A stretch of DNA of 64,000 nt from Marsupella aquatica (GCA_973895155.1 OZ316891.1:9797875-9861874); one strand, 5' to 3'; counted from the first letter of the stretch, positions 1 to 13,591 are shown. The notes: a model not told the origin generated them from the sequence alone. Numbers and translations: made by a program.

Positions 1-369
1 CATCTTTTCTTTTCTCTACAGTTTTTTCTCACCTCAAGATAGTTTTCTCACCTTGACATATTTTTTTCACCTCGACATCTTCTTCTTGCCATCCTTTTCT
101 CACCTTGACATCTTTGTCTCACCACGACATCTTTTTTTCACCCTTGATATATTTTCCCTCCTGGACATCTTTTTTTCACCTCAACATTGCTCTCTCACCT
201 TTACATCCCTTTCTCACCTTGCCATCTTTTCTCTCCTCAACATCTTTTCTCCCCTTGACTTACTTTCCTCACCTCGTCATTTATTTCTCTCTTTGACATA
301 TTTTCTCACCTCAACATCTTTTCCTCACCCCAACATCTTTTGTGCAATGCACAGGTATCAGTCAACTAG
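1..369 (+). mobile_element. Helitron-like 3' end preceded by a degenerate ~20-bp minisatellite (unit ~TCTCACCTCGACATCTTTT)
   Basis: Tandem degenerate repeat over 1-340, then hairpin TGTGC-AAT-GCACA (341-353), a 12-nt spacer and CTAG (366-369) followed by T. This is the canonical Helitron 3' signature. The same architecture occurs inverted at 53726-53873. Confidence 0.6.
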
Positions 370-1899
370 TTTATTATAAAAGGCCTTTCAAGGCAACAAA
401 AAAGTGTTTGGTCCATTGGATTCGTGACATCAAATGTTTTAGTTCATCCATGCCAAGCATCAATGTCCTCCCTTACCCCCTCCTTTCTATAATTTTTGGC
501 TGGAAGGTGTGCCAACAATCTTGAGCCGGTATAATTGTGTTTCTGGTCATACCTATAAGTATTGTGAGTCAAGGATACTAATAACAGTTGCACCAATCCT
601 CGCACCAATCCCAGTGACCTATGCGTAAGAACTTCAAGCTTATCCTCATGCAATTATACATATAGTAAAGTTATGTTTATAGGATATTTTGGACCATATT
701 GCCCCAAAAATGAGAGCTTCAATTTGAGTTTTGAGAGTCTAATATTGTTCATTATGCCATGCTAATTGGACCATAATACACTTAAAGGCCTATGACATTT
801 TTCTATTAATTTTGTAAGGATCTAGGAGAATGTTTTTCAAAAATGCTCTGAAAGTTAGAAACAGAATTGGTACTTAACTCTAGCATCTGCTTAGGCTAAC
901 TAGAGCGCAAGTTAATCATGGCTAAGGGTTGCTGAGGTTATATATACTAGTGGAGACGGCCTATATACGGTCATGGAGGCACACTTCATTGTTCTCAATC
1001 AAACTAGAGATTAGTCTTCATGAGTTGCAGACTGGGGAGAGAGCAAGGAGGATTCCCGGGAGGATTGCATCATAGAGCAGCTTGTGGCTTCTCACGCTAT
1101 GGTAGATGTACCATGTTAGTGCATAGTGGGTTTTCATTTCTCATATAGGCCGCTGACATTGCTCAAACAAGCTAGGCAAACCACATATCTTTGTGTTGGT
1201 ATCATGTTGTACATTGGTCCTATGTGATGTTGTGCTCTCCAAATTCTCCCAACCAATATTGGATGAAGAGGTTTCTACTACTTTGGAAAACGAGGAAGGC
1301 CTATTTAGTTTAGCAAACTCGTACCAGGAAGAGCTCAATGCAAGCGAGCTAGAATGCAAGTCATGGTTGGATGTTTGGGAGAGTTGTAGCTGCCAAGGAA
1401 TTGCATCCTATCTGTGTTAGCGGCCTATCTGTGTCAACTTGCCAATCAAGTCTACAAGTCACAATAGTTGCATTGGCTTGGCAAAGCCCCACCTAGGGAG
1501 GGTAGCTATTGCATGGAGTTACTATGGGTCAACAATACCACCCAATAGAGTAACTGTACAACCTTCCTATCTACTTAGGTTCCATATATTTTATTAATAC
1601 TCTTAATGCTATCCATAGCTGAATCTATACACTAGCTATCTAATTACGCAATCCCACTCTTCTTTCTCGTAGTCTGCTTACAAAATATCATTCTTGTAAT
1701 ACACCTCTAGGGTCACTTGATTATGGTGACATTCCCTCCTAACCATGAGAGAGACTCCAGGCCTAATTGGTCACTCTCCCCATAGCTCACACACTCCTTG
1801 AAATCCAATTGTTGGGCTGACTCGATGATTGCCTAATCATCTCAACAATAGTTTTGTCCAACATCACTTACATTGACAATATATTGTGGAGTGCATGCA

Positions 1900-3300
1900 T
1901 CTTAGGCTAGTTCTCCATCCAAAAGAAGGCTTGACCTTTGAGTGACATTGGAAGATGTATGTGATTAATTAACTCAATGATCTCTCATATAGTAAGCAGA
2001 AATTTGTAAAATTGTCATCAATGTCAGTCTGCTTGCATGGCATGCCTCCTTTTCCTCACTATCAAAATTTTCACCCCCCTTTTCACCTTGTCTTCAAGTT
2101 GCTCATCCTCCTTGTCTATTTACTTTATTTCTTTCTCATCCTTAATTATCCAGGTAACGTCAGATATCACCATACGAGTATGTGTCGATCATCTAAGTGT
2201 ATTTGATTTTTATTTGATTTCATGCAAGATTAGATCTTGAAACAAACTGCTATCAGTATTTCTGCACATGGCATTAGACTGATAACCTTTGTAAGCCCAG
2301 ACTCTTAGTAGACCAAAGTGTCCCTTCCAACCAGAAGCAATAATTTGATGCTTGGGGAGTAGTTCACACCAAGATTGATGTAGCAATTCACACAAGTGAT
2401 TTTTCAAGAAAGCAATGTTGGACTCTATCTCGGCTTGGTTTGGAGACTTGTTTGGAGGAACTCCACTTTCAACATGTTAGCTTTCACCTCAAAGTATTGG
2501 AAATCTATGTGCACAACAACTTTGAACTATTGTTGCAACATGGCATGATCACATGATTGTAACTTTGCAGTGGTATGAGCACCAATGAACATGTGGCTAA
2601 TTGTGATACATGTATTGTTGTTTGTGTTCCAAATTCTGATGAAATGTTTGAATGTAGTACTCACAATTCATGTCTAGTACCCCGCGGTATAGATTGAAAG
2701 TCACCTCCCAAAGCATCTTGTTGTTTGCATTAATTACAGACTTAGAGCTAGGTACCCAACTAGTTTGCAAAAAAAGTATTGTTGTCCACATCTAGGAATG
2801 GAGAAGTTACGTTTCAATACCAAATGCATTGTATATTGCATCCAAGATGAGTGAATTTGAGATGGCCAGAGTGGATTGTGTGTCCTCGTGTGTGCCTCTT
2901 TGGTAGCTTGGTGACCTTGTGCATTGGCAATTGATCTCCTCAATGAAACTCTTTCGTGGCACAGATCTATCCTCTATATCTACTGCAGTTTTGTGACTAA
3001 CCATGATTGGATTTTATTTAATGGTTAACATGTGGTTGCCTAGCAATTGCGTAAGTGAGTTTGGATGAAATTATCATTTTTGGTGACTGTTTTGTTTGTT
3101 ACTTTCAATTAAATTTATGAAGGATGGTGCCAATCCTAACCAATGCTTGTATTTATGTTTGCATCCCTTTGAGGTTGGAATACGTGGGGGTGACAATTTT
3201 GCTATAAAGTGGGCTATAAAGCATACCCTCTATCAAGACTTGCATAACTTACATAAAAATGGCATCAGGGAAATGAGAAGAGTGGTCACCCTTCTTGTTT
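1900..3300 (-). pseudogene. Possible heavily degraded DNA-transposase (hAT-like?) remnant
   Basis: Broken minus-strand frames with a CCAHRF segment resembling the hAT CxxH motif. There is no intact ORF, so support is weak. Confidence 0.2.
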
Positions 3301-4255
3301 GTTTGACATTGTGTAATGGTTATTAGGGAAGATTCAAGTAGAGTACTAGAAGAAATCCCAATATATAGATCAAATTCATCATGAGTGTGATGTTGTTAGT
3401 AAGTGTCAACAAACAGATGGTTTAGTTTAGACCATTTTTTACTAACATGTCCCCCAAACTGGTCCTTATTGTGAACTTGTCCCCCAAACTATTTTATTCC
3501 TACGTTGACCTTCTTTTTGTGTACTGGTTAGCTTAACCCCAGTACTTAACCCGAGATGCCTTGGGATTGGTTGCCTACCACATGGCAAGGCGCTATTGGG
3601 CCAACCATAACCCTGTTGGAGGTGCCCTACCCCAGGCCCAACTAGGGCTTCCCCTCCCCCCAAGTGCATCACAGGCCCAACAGAGGGTCGCCGGTCCTCC
3701 CTACTCATCCTTAGAATACAAGGTGGTCTTTAGATCAACTTCCCAAGATGATAGCTTCCCATATCTTATTCCTTAGCTAAAGATTAAGAGATTAGTTATG
3801 ATCGAGATGGATCCGTGGAAGACAACATCAAAGGAGTGTTAGGTTTTGTCTGGCAGTTCTTTTGCATAGTGTGCATTGGGTGGATCCAGTAGTTGGAAAA
3901 TGTAAACACTTTTAGTAGATGTGATGGTAGACACGAGGGTCAACATTGGCTCCTGTAAAAATTGAAATTTGTATGTGTGGTATCACATTGATGAGAATCA
4001 CATGTATAAATTTAAGATGCATAGAGTCCTTACCTTATTCTAGTGGTTTAGATTGGATTAAATAGATATGCTATTAACTTCTAGGTACCTATAAGTACAG
4101 TTGTTGCTCTATCTTGGACCTAACCCATATGCCCATCCTGTTCTCACCGCCCTCTTAAGAAATGAGCTAAATTGTTTCTTAGTGTTCCATAGTGGGCCAA
4201 TTTTAAACTTTCACATTTTCTATGTAATAGGGGTTTAATGTTCTCTTTGTAGAGG

Positions 4256-4546
4256 CTCAGGGGTCTCACTATATGGATGCCTCCCCATCCCCTACAGCAT
4301 TTTTAGGCCTCGGACCCGTCCCCCTAAAATGGAAGAAAAAATATATTTTTTTCAACCCCTATAAAGTTGGAATATTCCAAAAATTTGGTTAGAAAGACCC
4401 TAATGTTCTTATAAGTCTCAAAATTGAATTGAAAAGACCCTATTGTTCTTTTGCAAAAATTCTTAAGTCTTCCATTCAAACCAATAAAATGACCCTATCC
4501 TTTGTTGCACGTGATGTGAAATTTTTGTGGAAGTGAAACCCCTGAG
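4256..4546. mobile_element. MITE (Mutator/hAT-like), family M copy 1
   Basis: TIR CTCAGGGGTCTCACT / AGTGAAACCCCTGAG; 8-bp TSD TGTAGAGG (4248-4255, 4547-4554); AT-rich interior similar to 12743-13038 and 13592-13883. Confidence 0.8.
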
Positions 4547-4963
4547 TGTAGAGGTGGGAGTTTGTGCAAATTGAAGGTGGTCACATGATGTGAGGTTGGG
4601 ACTCACAACCTCTTGTCTGAGACCGGCCCAACACAACAACCTTTCACCATCATGTTATGGCAAGTAGCACCACAGTGGTGGATGGTGCCCGAACCCTGAC
4701 ACAAAACTCCTTGAGCAAGAACCTTGGTACCTCTAGCACCACCAACGACACTCTCATACAAAGCCGCACTTGCTCCCTAACACGACCGTCACTCAACGGT
4801 GGGCTCAACAGTCCTCATTGTCTGCACAAGCAACCAAACACCTAGGTAAGTGACCCATTAGGATCTAGGAACTCTATTTAAACTAGTGTCTCCATTGAAG
4901 CTCAACAGACATTGGTAAGTGGGTTAGCAAATAGAGCCTCTAGAGCCCGCATGGCCTTGGCAT

Positions 4964-7900
4964 TGTTAGGATTTACTCTTAGGTCTAGAGTTACGACTGT
5001 ACCGTAGTTAAGGCTAACCTTAGTCGCAGACTTAGTTAGGTTAGTCATGCTGTGCACACTCTATAACCAAGCGGTGTTTGCTTGGAGAGGTGGAACTCAG
5101 GCTCATTGTTACGAAGCTAGTTGAGAGATAGAGAGAGCTTGTGCTGTGGATGCTTGGTATGGTCGGTTGGCCTAGAGTGCAGTAAAGCTCTTGTGTGTTC
5201 CCGTGGACATAGCCTCATGTGGAGGTGAACCACGTATCTCTCTGTGTCGACTATTGTGCATTGGATGGTTCATGGGCTTGCCGTTGCGATCATCATCTAT
5301 GCTCAACAATTGGTATCAGAGCATGCCTGGGAGGTGACGAGGTTTTTTTGTGACGGTTTTCCAGCGTTCAGTGTTGGTGTTGCATTTGGAGTTTCATCGC
5401 ATGAAACTCAAATGTGTGTGGCTGAGCGGATAGATTAGTGAGAGGGCTTTCTATCGGTGTATAGAACTCACTGGTTGGTATCCGTGGTACTGAGGATTCG
5501 GAGTTTGCGTCATTCTGGATTTATTCGTGTTCGACGGTTTTTCGGGGGAGACATCAGAGCTCGTGTTTTCAACGGTGTGAGCGGTGTGGTGCTGGAGGCG
5601 TCGCATGTTATAGCTCAAGTTGGAGGTTAAGGAGAGCTGATCATTTCGGTAGCTGAGTTGCTATCGAGTGGTTACCGAGTGCATCGTGACGAGTGAAAGA
5701 AGCATTCAGGTTTTTTCACAGGCTATGGAGCTTGTTCCCATCTGAATCGGGTTTCTCATCGTGACGTCCGACTCGGAGGAAGAAACGCAAAGTGCTATGG
5801 CTCAACGGTGAGATCGCGACAAGGCGGTCATTTTGAGTCCGGGATTGGCACTTGACGCGGAGTGATGATGACGTGACAGAAGTTTTTTCTTTGCTGGAGC
5901 AACAGAGTGTGCCGGTGCAATTTGGCAACTTTTTCCGTCGGTGGCATTCACTTTTCTCATTAAACGGCAGCGGCAAAGGTGTGTAATCAACACGGTTTCC
6001 TCTGGAGTCTTTTTTGCTTTTAAAGGGGTTTTAAACACCCTCTTTGGTGTATACTGTGTGTGTATTGGGCGGCCCCTTGTACCCTCATTTTCTCTCCCGT
6101 TTGCAACTGTGGAGATGAGCTATGCAGCGCCGGCTGGCACTTTTTGCGTGCTCGTACGCCCTCCGCCATACCGTGCCAGTCACTGCCATGGCCCTGTCCT
6201 ATCATCGTATGCCCGACCCTTTGCGGTAGTACGCCGCTTGTATGCGGCTGCGCCCTCGTACCGCCCCGACGAGCCATACGCCCGGCCCCGTATTCGAAGG
6301 ATTTTTTCTTAAGGGGCCTTAAAACCCCTTTTGGACCCAGTTTATTTTTTCCTCCTCTTCCTTATTGGTTCTGCCTTGTGCCAGGACCTGTCACCCCCAG
6401 ATTTAACCGCTTGGGCAAGGGGAATGGCCCCCTGTGAGACCTATCAGACTGTGCAGGAATATTCCCAAAAAACAGAGAGCTGTTTTTTGGGCGTCCGACA
6501 AAGATTCTGCACGCCAAACGGTAACTGTTTTGGTTCTTTTTTGGCGAGGTCGTAGCCATTGAAGTTAGCAACGCGGCGCACCAATGTGATTCCGATGACG
6601 GGTTGTACTTGGCATTTTGGTTATTCCCTGAGGTGGTCAAAATGGGGGAGTTTCCCAAGGTTTTACCCACCCCGACCAAAATTTGAATAACTTTTCCGTT
6701 GAACTTCAATTTCGAATTTGGTTTTCAATGTTGGACTCCTAGCTTTGTGGGCTACGCGACGATGTTTAGTTTTGAGTGTTTTGAGAAGTTGTGAAAAACA
6801 ATATTTTTTCGTGATTTTCTCATATGAGTGATTCGGAGGAGATTTTTGAAGATGTGGAACTTGAAGCACGAGGATCACCGTGACAGTTTGAGGTGGAGAG
6901 AGAGGAGAAGGAGGAAGAGTATGTGACACCGATACCATCACAGGTGCGGCGTGTGCTGGAGGAAGCTGTTCTACTACCGGAGCTCACGGTAGTGCAAAAG
7001 AAGAAGATGGAGACGTTCAAGCTTGGGGACCCAAGTATGAAGTGACAAAGTATGATGGACGCTTTGACTACTTGTTGTGGGAGAAGCAGGTGAAGGGAGT
7101 GCTCTATGAGTCAGGGATGGGCCAATTGTTGAGCCCTCGTAAAGATGATGTTGATGAGAAACAATGGGACCGCATGCAGGAGCAGGGAGTATGGTGTGTT
7201 ACACTCTATCTCATGTCTCCCATCATCAAGCAGTTGGGTGCACATAAGGATTGTATGTCCTTGTTTGCAAAATTGCAGAGCAAGTATCACCGCAAGGAGT
7301 TGTCAAACCGGCTCTATACTTCCTACAAACTGATGAGTTTCAGGATGAAGGAATCCGGTACAAAATTGCAGGACCATGTGGATGCTTTCAACAACGTGGT
7401 CGTTGACTTGGAAAACCTTGGGGAGACTTTGAATGATGAGATGAAGGCTCTACAGCTTCTCAGTTCATTGCCTCCATCTTACTAGTCCCTATCACGGGTG
7501 TTGTTGCATCATGATAGGGATACCATTTCATACAATGACGTGGTAAGTTCTCTGCTTAGTGATGATCTTCAGCAGAAGATGCACATCATGTCACAGCCTT
7601 CATCCTCTGGTACAGCCCTCAATGTTAACTGTGGGAGGAGTATGCAACGACCAACTGGGGACCGTAGAACCCAGTTTAGATCTAAATCCAGATCTAAGTC
7701 TAGAGGCAAATCCCCTCAGAGAAGGCAGGTGACATGTTGGAAGTGCAACCAGGTTGGACACTTCAAGCGAGACTGTAAGAGAAAGGCAGTTGAATCTTCA
7801 TCCGCAAATGTGGCTAGGGCTGATGGAGAAGCTGATTTACTCAATGATGAGTATGTATTATGAAGCCGGGGATATGCCCTGTGCACGTTATCTAGGAGAG

Positions 7901-10900
7901 TAGATGATGTGTGGATTCTTGATTGTGCTTGCTCTTTTCACATTTGTTACATTTGTGAGTTTTCAAGTTCTGTTTCAAACGGTTCAGTTTTGATGGGAAA
8001 TGATCACTCCTGTCAAATTGAGGGTATTGGGTCTGTGAAGATTCAAATGTTTGATGGCGCTGTGCGCACAGTGTCCGGAGTCAGGTATGTACCTAGCATG
8101 CGTAAGAATCTGATTTCACTCGGTGTGTTGAATTCAAATGGTCATCAATGGAGCGTTATTGATGGTGAACTTCAAGTCAGGTCAGGAGAGACAGTGATTT
8201 TGAAGGGGAGTAGACAAAAGAATTTGTATGTGTTGCAGGGCAATACTGTATGTGGAGAAGCCAATGTAATCAAGTCTCACGTGGAGATGACTCAACTGTG
8301 GCATTCAAGCTAGGCCACATGAGTGAGAAGGGTTTGGCTATCTTACAAAAGAATGGACTCAATTCTAATTTTCAATCTTGTAAATTAGAGTTCTGTGAGC
8401 ATTGCATTCTTGGAAAGCAGCATCGTTGTGCTTTCGGTGTTGGAATTCATCATTCCAAAGCGGTTCTTGAGTACATACATAGTGACGTGTGGGGTCCATT
8501 CCCAACTCCCTCACACTCTGGAAAGTTGTACTATGTATCATTTATTGATGATTACTCAAGATTTGTGTGGATTTATTTCATGACGCATAAGTTTGATGTC
8601 TTGTCCATTTTTAAGAAGTGGAAGGCCAAGGTGGAGAATCAGACTGGAAACATGGTCAAGTGTTTGGATACAAGGATGAAGAGTCTGAGATCAGACAATG
8701 GTGGGGAGTACACTTCAGTGGAATTTGAAGAGTACTGTACGTTCAGAACAGGGGATAACTTGCCATCTCACCATAGTTTATACTCCGTAGTAGAATGGTG
8801 TCGTTGAGAGGCTCAATCGGACACTGTTGGAGCGGTCACGGAGTATGTTGAGCCAATCAGGTTTACCACAAGAATTTTGGGCAGAAGCTGTCAATATCGC
8901 AGCTTATTTGGTAAATTTTTCTCCTTCTAGTGCTATCAATTTCAAAACACCGTTTGAGATGCGCTATAAGCGACAAGCAGACTATCATGGCTTGGTAGTT
9001 TTTGGAAGTGATGCATATGCTCTCACACCAAAGCAGAATAGGACCAAGTTGGATCCTACCTCCAAGAAATATATTTTTCTTGGGTACCAGAGTGGTGTGA
9101 AAGCCTATAGGCTATGGGATCCTATTCCCTGTAAGCTCATTGTTAGTAGGGATGTTTCCTTCAATGAATCCAAATTATTGAAGGAGGGGGAGAATACTTA
9201 GGTCTCCCGTACTGACAAAGGAAAATCTCCTATCCTGGATCTCGTTGAGGGGGAGATTGGTCATGAGGTGCATGATCGGAGAGAAACAGTTGCTCCAATT
9301 ATGGAGTTGGTTCCTATGCCAGAGGAACCAGAAGAGTTTATACGTTGATGCTTGTCAACAGCAAGTGGATGCTGCTGAGCTTCAAATTATACCAACACAC
9401 GCAGATCAACCAGAGTCATCGGCTAGAAGAGCATCTGGTCGCACTATACGCGCTCCACCAAGGTATGGACAGTGGGTTGATTCATCTCAGTTGCAAGAGG
9501 AGGATTTTGTTACTGACAATGAAGGTGATGCGTTGATTTTGGAAGAAGGTGAAACTTCTTCATTTCATGAAGCAAGTGCTTCAAAGGAGAAGTAGGAGTG
9601 GATTGCAGCAATGCAAACGGAGATGCAGTCACTGAAGGACAACAAAACTTGGGAGCTTGTCAAGCTGCCCGAGGGACAACAAGTGGTGGACAGCAAGTGG
9701 ATATACAAGCTGAAGGATCAGTCCACGAGAGGTGGATTGAAGGTCTACAAGGCTAGGTTGGTAGCCAAGGGATTCACACAGGAAAAAGTTGTGGATTACA
9801 ATGAGGTCTTCTCACTAGTTGTTAAGTACTCAACAATACGGCTATTGTGTGTGCTTGTTGTTATGTTTGGTCTGTTGCTAGATCAGATGGATGTTGTCAC
9901 AGCTTTCCTCTATGGCACCTTGGAAGAAGTGATCTTCATGAGACAGCCGCTAGGTTTTGTGAAGAAAGGGCAATAGGATTTGGTTTGCAGATTGCTGATA
10001 TCCTTGTACGGGTTGAAGCAGTCACCAAGATAGTGGAATAAGCGGTTTGATAATTGGATTCGTGCACAAGGCTTTCACAAGAGTGTGTTTGACTCATGTG
10101 TGTATCTTAAACCGGTGAAGAATGTTGTTTTTGGGTTCATTGTTTTAGTACTTTATGTGGATGACATGGTTATTGCGGCTAAGGCTAGGTTTGAGATTGT
10201 TAAGCTCAAGGCACTGCTTAGTGTAGAGTTTCAGATGAAGGACTTAGGGCCAGCTAAGAGAATTTTGGGTATGGAGATCACTAGGGACTTGGAGGCTGGC
10301 AAGCTATGATTGACGCAGAGCAATTATGCGAGGAAGGTAATTGCAAGGTTCAACATGGGGGATAGCAAGCCAGTAAGTACCCCGTTGGCTCCACACTTCA
10401 AGTTATCATCAGTTTTCTGTCCTACGGATGACACAGAGAAGGGGTTGATGTCAAAGGTTCTGTATGACAAGGCAGTGGGGAGTCTCATGTATTTGATGAC
10501 TTGCATTAGACCTGATCTTGCCATGGCTATGGGCAAGGTAAGCAGGTACATGTCGAATCCAGGGAAGGTACATTGGAAAGGTACATTGGGAAGCAGTGAA
10601 GTGGATTATTTGGTATTTGAAAGGTACCGTGGATTATGGTCTATTGTTTGATGCACATGCTGATAATGCTAGATCATTGATGGGCTATGTAGATGTTGAC
10701 TATGCACAGGATCTGGATCGGAGGAGGTCAACAACAGGTTATGTGTTCACACTGGGAGGTGGATGCATAAGTTGGAGGTCTACTTTGCAGAAGTGCATTG
10801 CTCAATCTACTACAAAAGCGGAGTATGTTGCAGCAGCGGAAGCAGCAAAGGAAGCGATTTGGTTGGATAGACTGATCACTGAGATGGGATTGCCATAGGG

Positions 10901-11686
10901 GAATGTGAAGATCCATTGTGATAGTTAGAGTGCGCTCCACCTTGCTGTGAACCAGGTGATGGACAACAGAGTGAAGCACATCGACGTCAGGTACCATTTT
11001 ATCAGACAAGTTGTGTCTGATAATATGTTTGAGCTAGTCAAGATTGACGGTAAACTCAACCCGGCTGACGCTTTTACCAAAGTGATACCTTTGGAGAGTT
11101 TTTCTAAACACTGTGATGTGTTGCAGGTTTTGCAATTGCCTCACAAGTAGGGTTACTTAACATTTGTGTAGATACTGAGATATGCTCTTGCTCATTCCTT
11201 GTATAGGCTACGGCTTAGTTCTGGTCTACTCTCGTATAAAGAGGGAAAAACCAGTTTGGTTTTTCTTTCCAAAACTTCCCACTGAGCAATCATATTGGTA
11301 GCAGTCTTTACCCTCCCCTAGACCAGAGTCAAGGGGGAGATTGTTAAGATTTACTCTTAGGTCTAGAGTTACGACTGTACCATAGTTAAGGCTAACCTTA
11401 GTCGCAGACTTGGTTAGGTTAGTCATGCTGTGCACACTCTATAACCAAGCAGTGTTTGCTTGGAGAGGTGGAACTCAGGCTCATTATTACGGAGTTAGTT
11501 GAGAGATAGAGAGAGCTTGTGCTGTGGATGCTTGGTATGGCCGGTCGGCCTAGAGTGCAGTAAAGCTCTTGTGTGTTCCCGTGGACGTAGCCTCATGTGG
11601 AGGTGAACCACGTATCTCTCTATGTCGACTATTGTGCGTTGGATGGTTCATGGGCTTGCCGTTGCGATCGTTGTCTATGCTCAACA
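4964..11686 (+). mobile_element. Full-length, decayed Ty1/copia LTR retrotransposon (Tork/Tnt1-like), family A
   Basis: 345-bp TG..CA LTRs at 4964-5308 and 11342-11686; TSD GGCAT (4959-4963, 11687-11691); PBS TGGTATCAGAGC (5311-5322, tRNA-iMet); PPT AAGGGGGAGA (11331-11340); domain order gag-PR-INT-RT-RH. Confidence 0.97.
7007..11150 (+). pseudogene. Copia gag-pol pseudogene (many stops and frameshifts)
   Basis: gag YDGRFDYLLWEKQVK, zinc knuckle CWKCNQVGHFKRDC, PR WILDCACSFH, INT HSDVWGP/LRSDNGGEY, RT YKARLVAKGF/LYVDDM, RH YVDVDYA/KHIDVRYHF/NPADAFTK. Stops at 7483, 7861, 9199, 9593, 9974, 10030, 10307, 10896 and 10926; 13-bp duplication frameshift near 10565-10590. Confidence 0.95.
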
Positions 11687-12279
11687 GGCATAAGCCAAAG
11701 CCAGAGCCGACACCCACTGTTTTTCCAAAACAGCCCCTCTACTAGGTGTCGCCTGTGCTTCCCCACTACCTATCCATCACTGCTTGATCATCTTGCCCCC
11801 AAGTTATGCTCATGGCCCAATTATCTAGCTTGTCTCTAAGCTCCCAAGCTTGTCCCAAACGCTAGGACCATGCAATCTGGCCTCGACTCTAGCAACCATC
11901 TTCAAGGTTTCAACCCAAATGAGAGTCTAGGGTCAAAATGCACTTGAACTTCAACACCCATGCATGCCTACTCTGCATTGCCTCCCCAATGCAAGATCTC
12001 ATGGGAAATTGAACGTGGTTTGGTTGCTATTTTGGTAGAATTTGGCACGCAGACAAGATAGCCCCCGCAAACCTCAAGACCCAAAGGTAACCCTTAGACC
12101 CAGCTAAGCTCAAGAGGATGTAGTACTCCTCAAGAGATTTTCAATGCATGCAATAAGTCCCCCAACGGACTTCCGGTTGAGAAGTTATTGTCATTTCCAT
12201 CCTGATTTCTGTTTGATATTTCTCCGTAGTGTTGTGACCGTTGTGGCTCACAACTTGGGCTCACTTTTGGCCCCCAAGG

Positions 12280-12566
12280 CTTGGGGGTTAACTTAGTGTA
12301 TATTTTGGGGTATCATGTGCGATCCTAGCCTAACATAAACACACCTATTTTATAACGGGAATATTCAAAAAATATTTTCTATTTTCAATATTAATGACCT
12401 ATTTTATTTTATAGAAGCTATATATTAGAGAATATTCTACAAATATGGGTTTATAATACCTTCTTTTGTTTCCTACAATTTCAATTTTTTTTAGCTAATT
12501 TCTATGAAAAATACATATTTTGGATCGCACATGGTTCCTAAGATTTTTAATAGTCAACCCCCCAAA
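12280..12566. mobile_element. MITE with ~45-bp imperfect TIRs (Mutator-like)
   Basis: TSD CCCCAAGG (12272-12279, 12567-12574); TIR CTTGGGGGTTAACT...CATGTGCGATCC / GGATCGCACATG...AGTCAACCCCCCAAA; absent from the homologous site in X copy 2 (near 55475). Confidence 0.85.
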
Positions 12567-12742
12567 CCCCAAGGAGACACCACTTCACTCATATATGCTT
12601 ATGGAGACCTGCCACCCCAAACCAACTTTGGTCCACTATATTTAGCCTCAACTTGGACCCCAACTCAATTGCATGGACCCACAACTAACTTGCTATGCTC
12701 ATAACTTTCTAGCTAGATGTCCACAAATGCCTTAGCCCGTTG

Positions 12743-13038
12743 CTCAGGGGCCTCAATCCAAGGGGTGTCCCATGTCACGTGCAAAGTTTTGGAGAAATAA
12801 ACACCCTAAAATTTAAGTCAATAATTTTTTTAAGGAGTTTTATTACCCCTAATTTAATGGAATATTCCCAAATTTGATTTAAAAAACCCCTATGATTCTT
12901 ATAATTCTCAAAACTAGATTAAAACAACCCTAATGTTCTTCAATAAAACTTTAAATTAAAGTACTTTACTAAACCCAATAAAACCCCCATTACTTATTCG
13001 TGTGTGATGGGTTGGAAGAAAAGAAGTGAGGACCCCAG
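12743..13038. mobile_element. MITE family M copy 2
   Basis: 9-bp TSD AGCCCGTTG (12734-12742, 13039-13047); termini CTCAGGGGCCTCA / TGAGGACCCCAG; empty site seen in X copy 2 (near 55650). Confidence 0.9.
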
Positions 13039-13591
13039 AGCCCGTTGTGATCAGACCGACCCAATGCTCATGCCTAGACCCTCAAAACCTGTCGTCAGTC
13101 GGGGATCCTGGATAGCCACACTTGCGCCCAACATCCGTTGCACATGAAGTAAACTTCCTTAGCCTTGAGCCCAAGAGAAGCTCTCACTCAAGCCCTCAGA
13201 ACTCAAAGTCCATCCAGACTTGAACCCAACCCTTTCCCATGACCCGACCAGCTTCCACGCTAGTCTAAGCCCTTAGTGTGCATGTCTAGCTTAGCGTATG
13301 CCCTTACTAGTGCAATGCTTCATTGCCCACTGGTCTTCTCATACTTAGTACCCATTGGCTAGCCGCTTTGGAGGCCTAGACCATAGAAGAGCCTGGCGTC
13401 AGAGTCGACGCAGAAGCTAAATATTAGCACAGTCGAATTCTGCGACTATCACAAACCAACCTCCCTAATTTGCAATGTAAATATTAAATAATGTTTGCAG
13501 CCCCATATATTTGCAACAGCACCTGAAAGCATCAACACCTGTCAACAAAAATCAACAATTGTGGCTTCACCGTACTTGAGATGTTTGTCTC

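Larger units (their letters stand above)
4586..13453. mobile_element. Unclassified ~1.5-kb non-coding repeat 'X', copy 1 (solo-LTR-like), interrupted by a copia element and two MITEs
   Basis: Segments 4680-4963, 11687-12279, 12567-12742 and 13039-13448 are colinear with 54660-56092 once the nested insertions are removed. Boundaries are approximate. Confidence 0.7.

Noticed and set aside
53-379. 108-aa F/L/S-rich ORF
   Set aside because: It is the translation of the pyrimidine-rich minisatellite.
865-1420. Possible old LTR or internal fragment (TTAGGCTAACT, TTCATTGTT words)
   Set aside because: No termini, TSD or PBS could be fixed, and similarity is too patchy.
5716-7020. Several 70-125-aa ORFs on both strands
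   Set aside because: They lie in the GC-rich 5' UTR of the copia element, and frames are not preserved in the homologous 53990-54580 copy.
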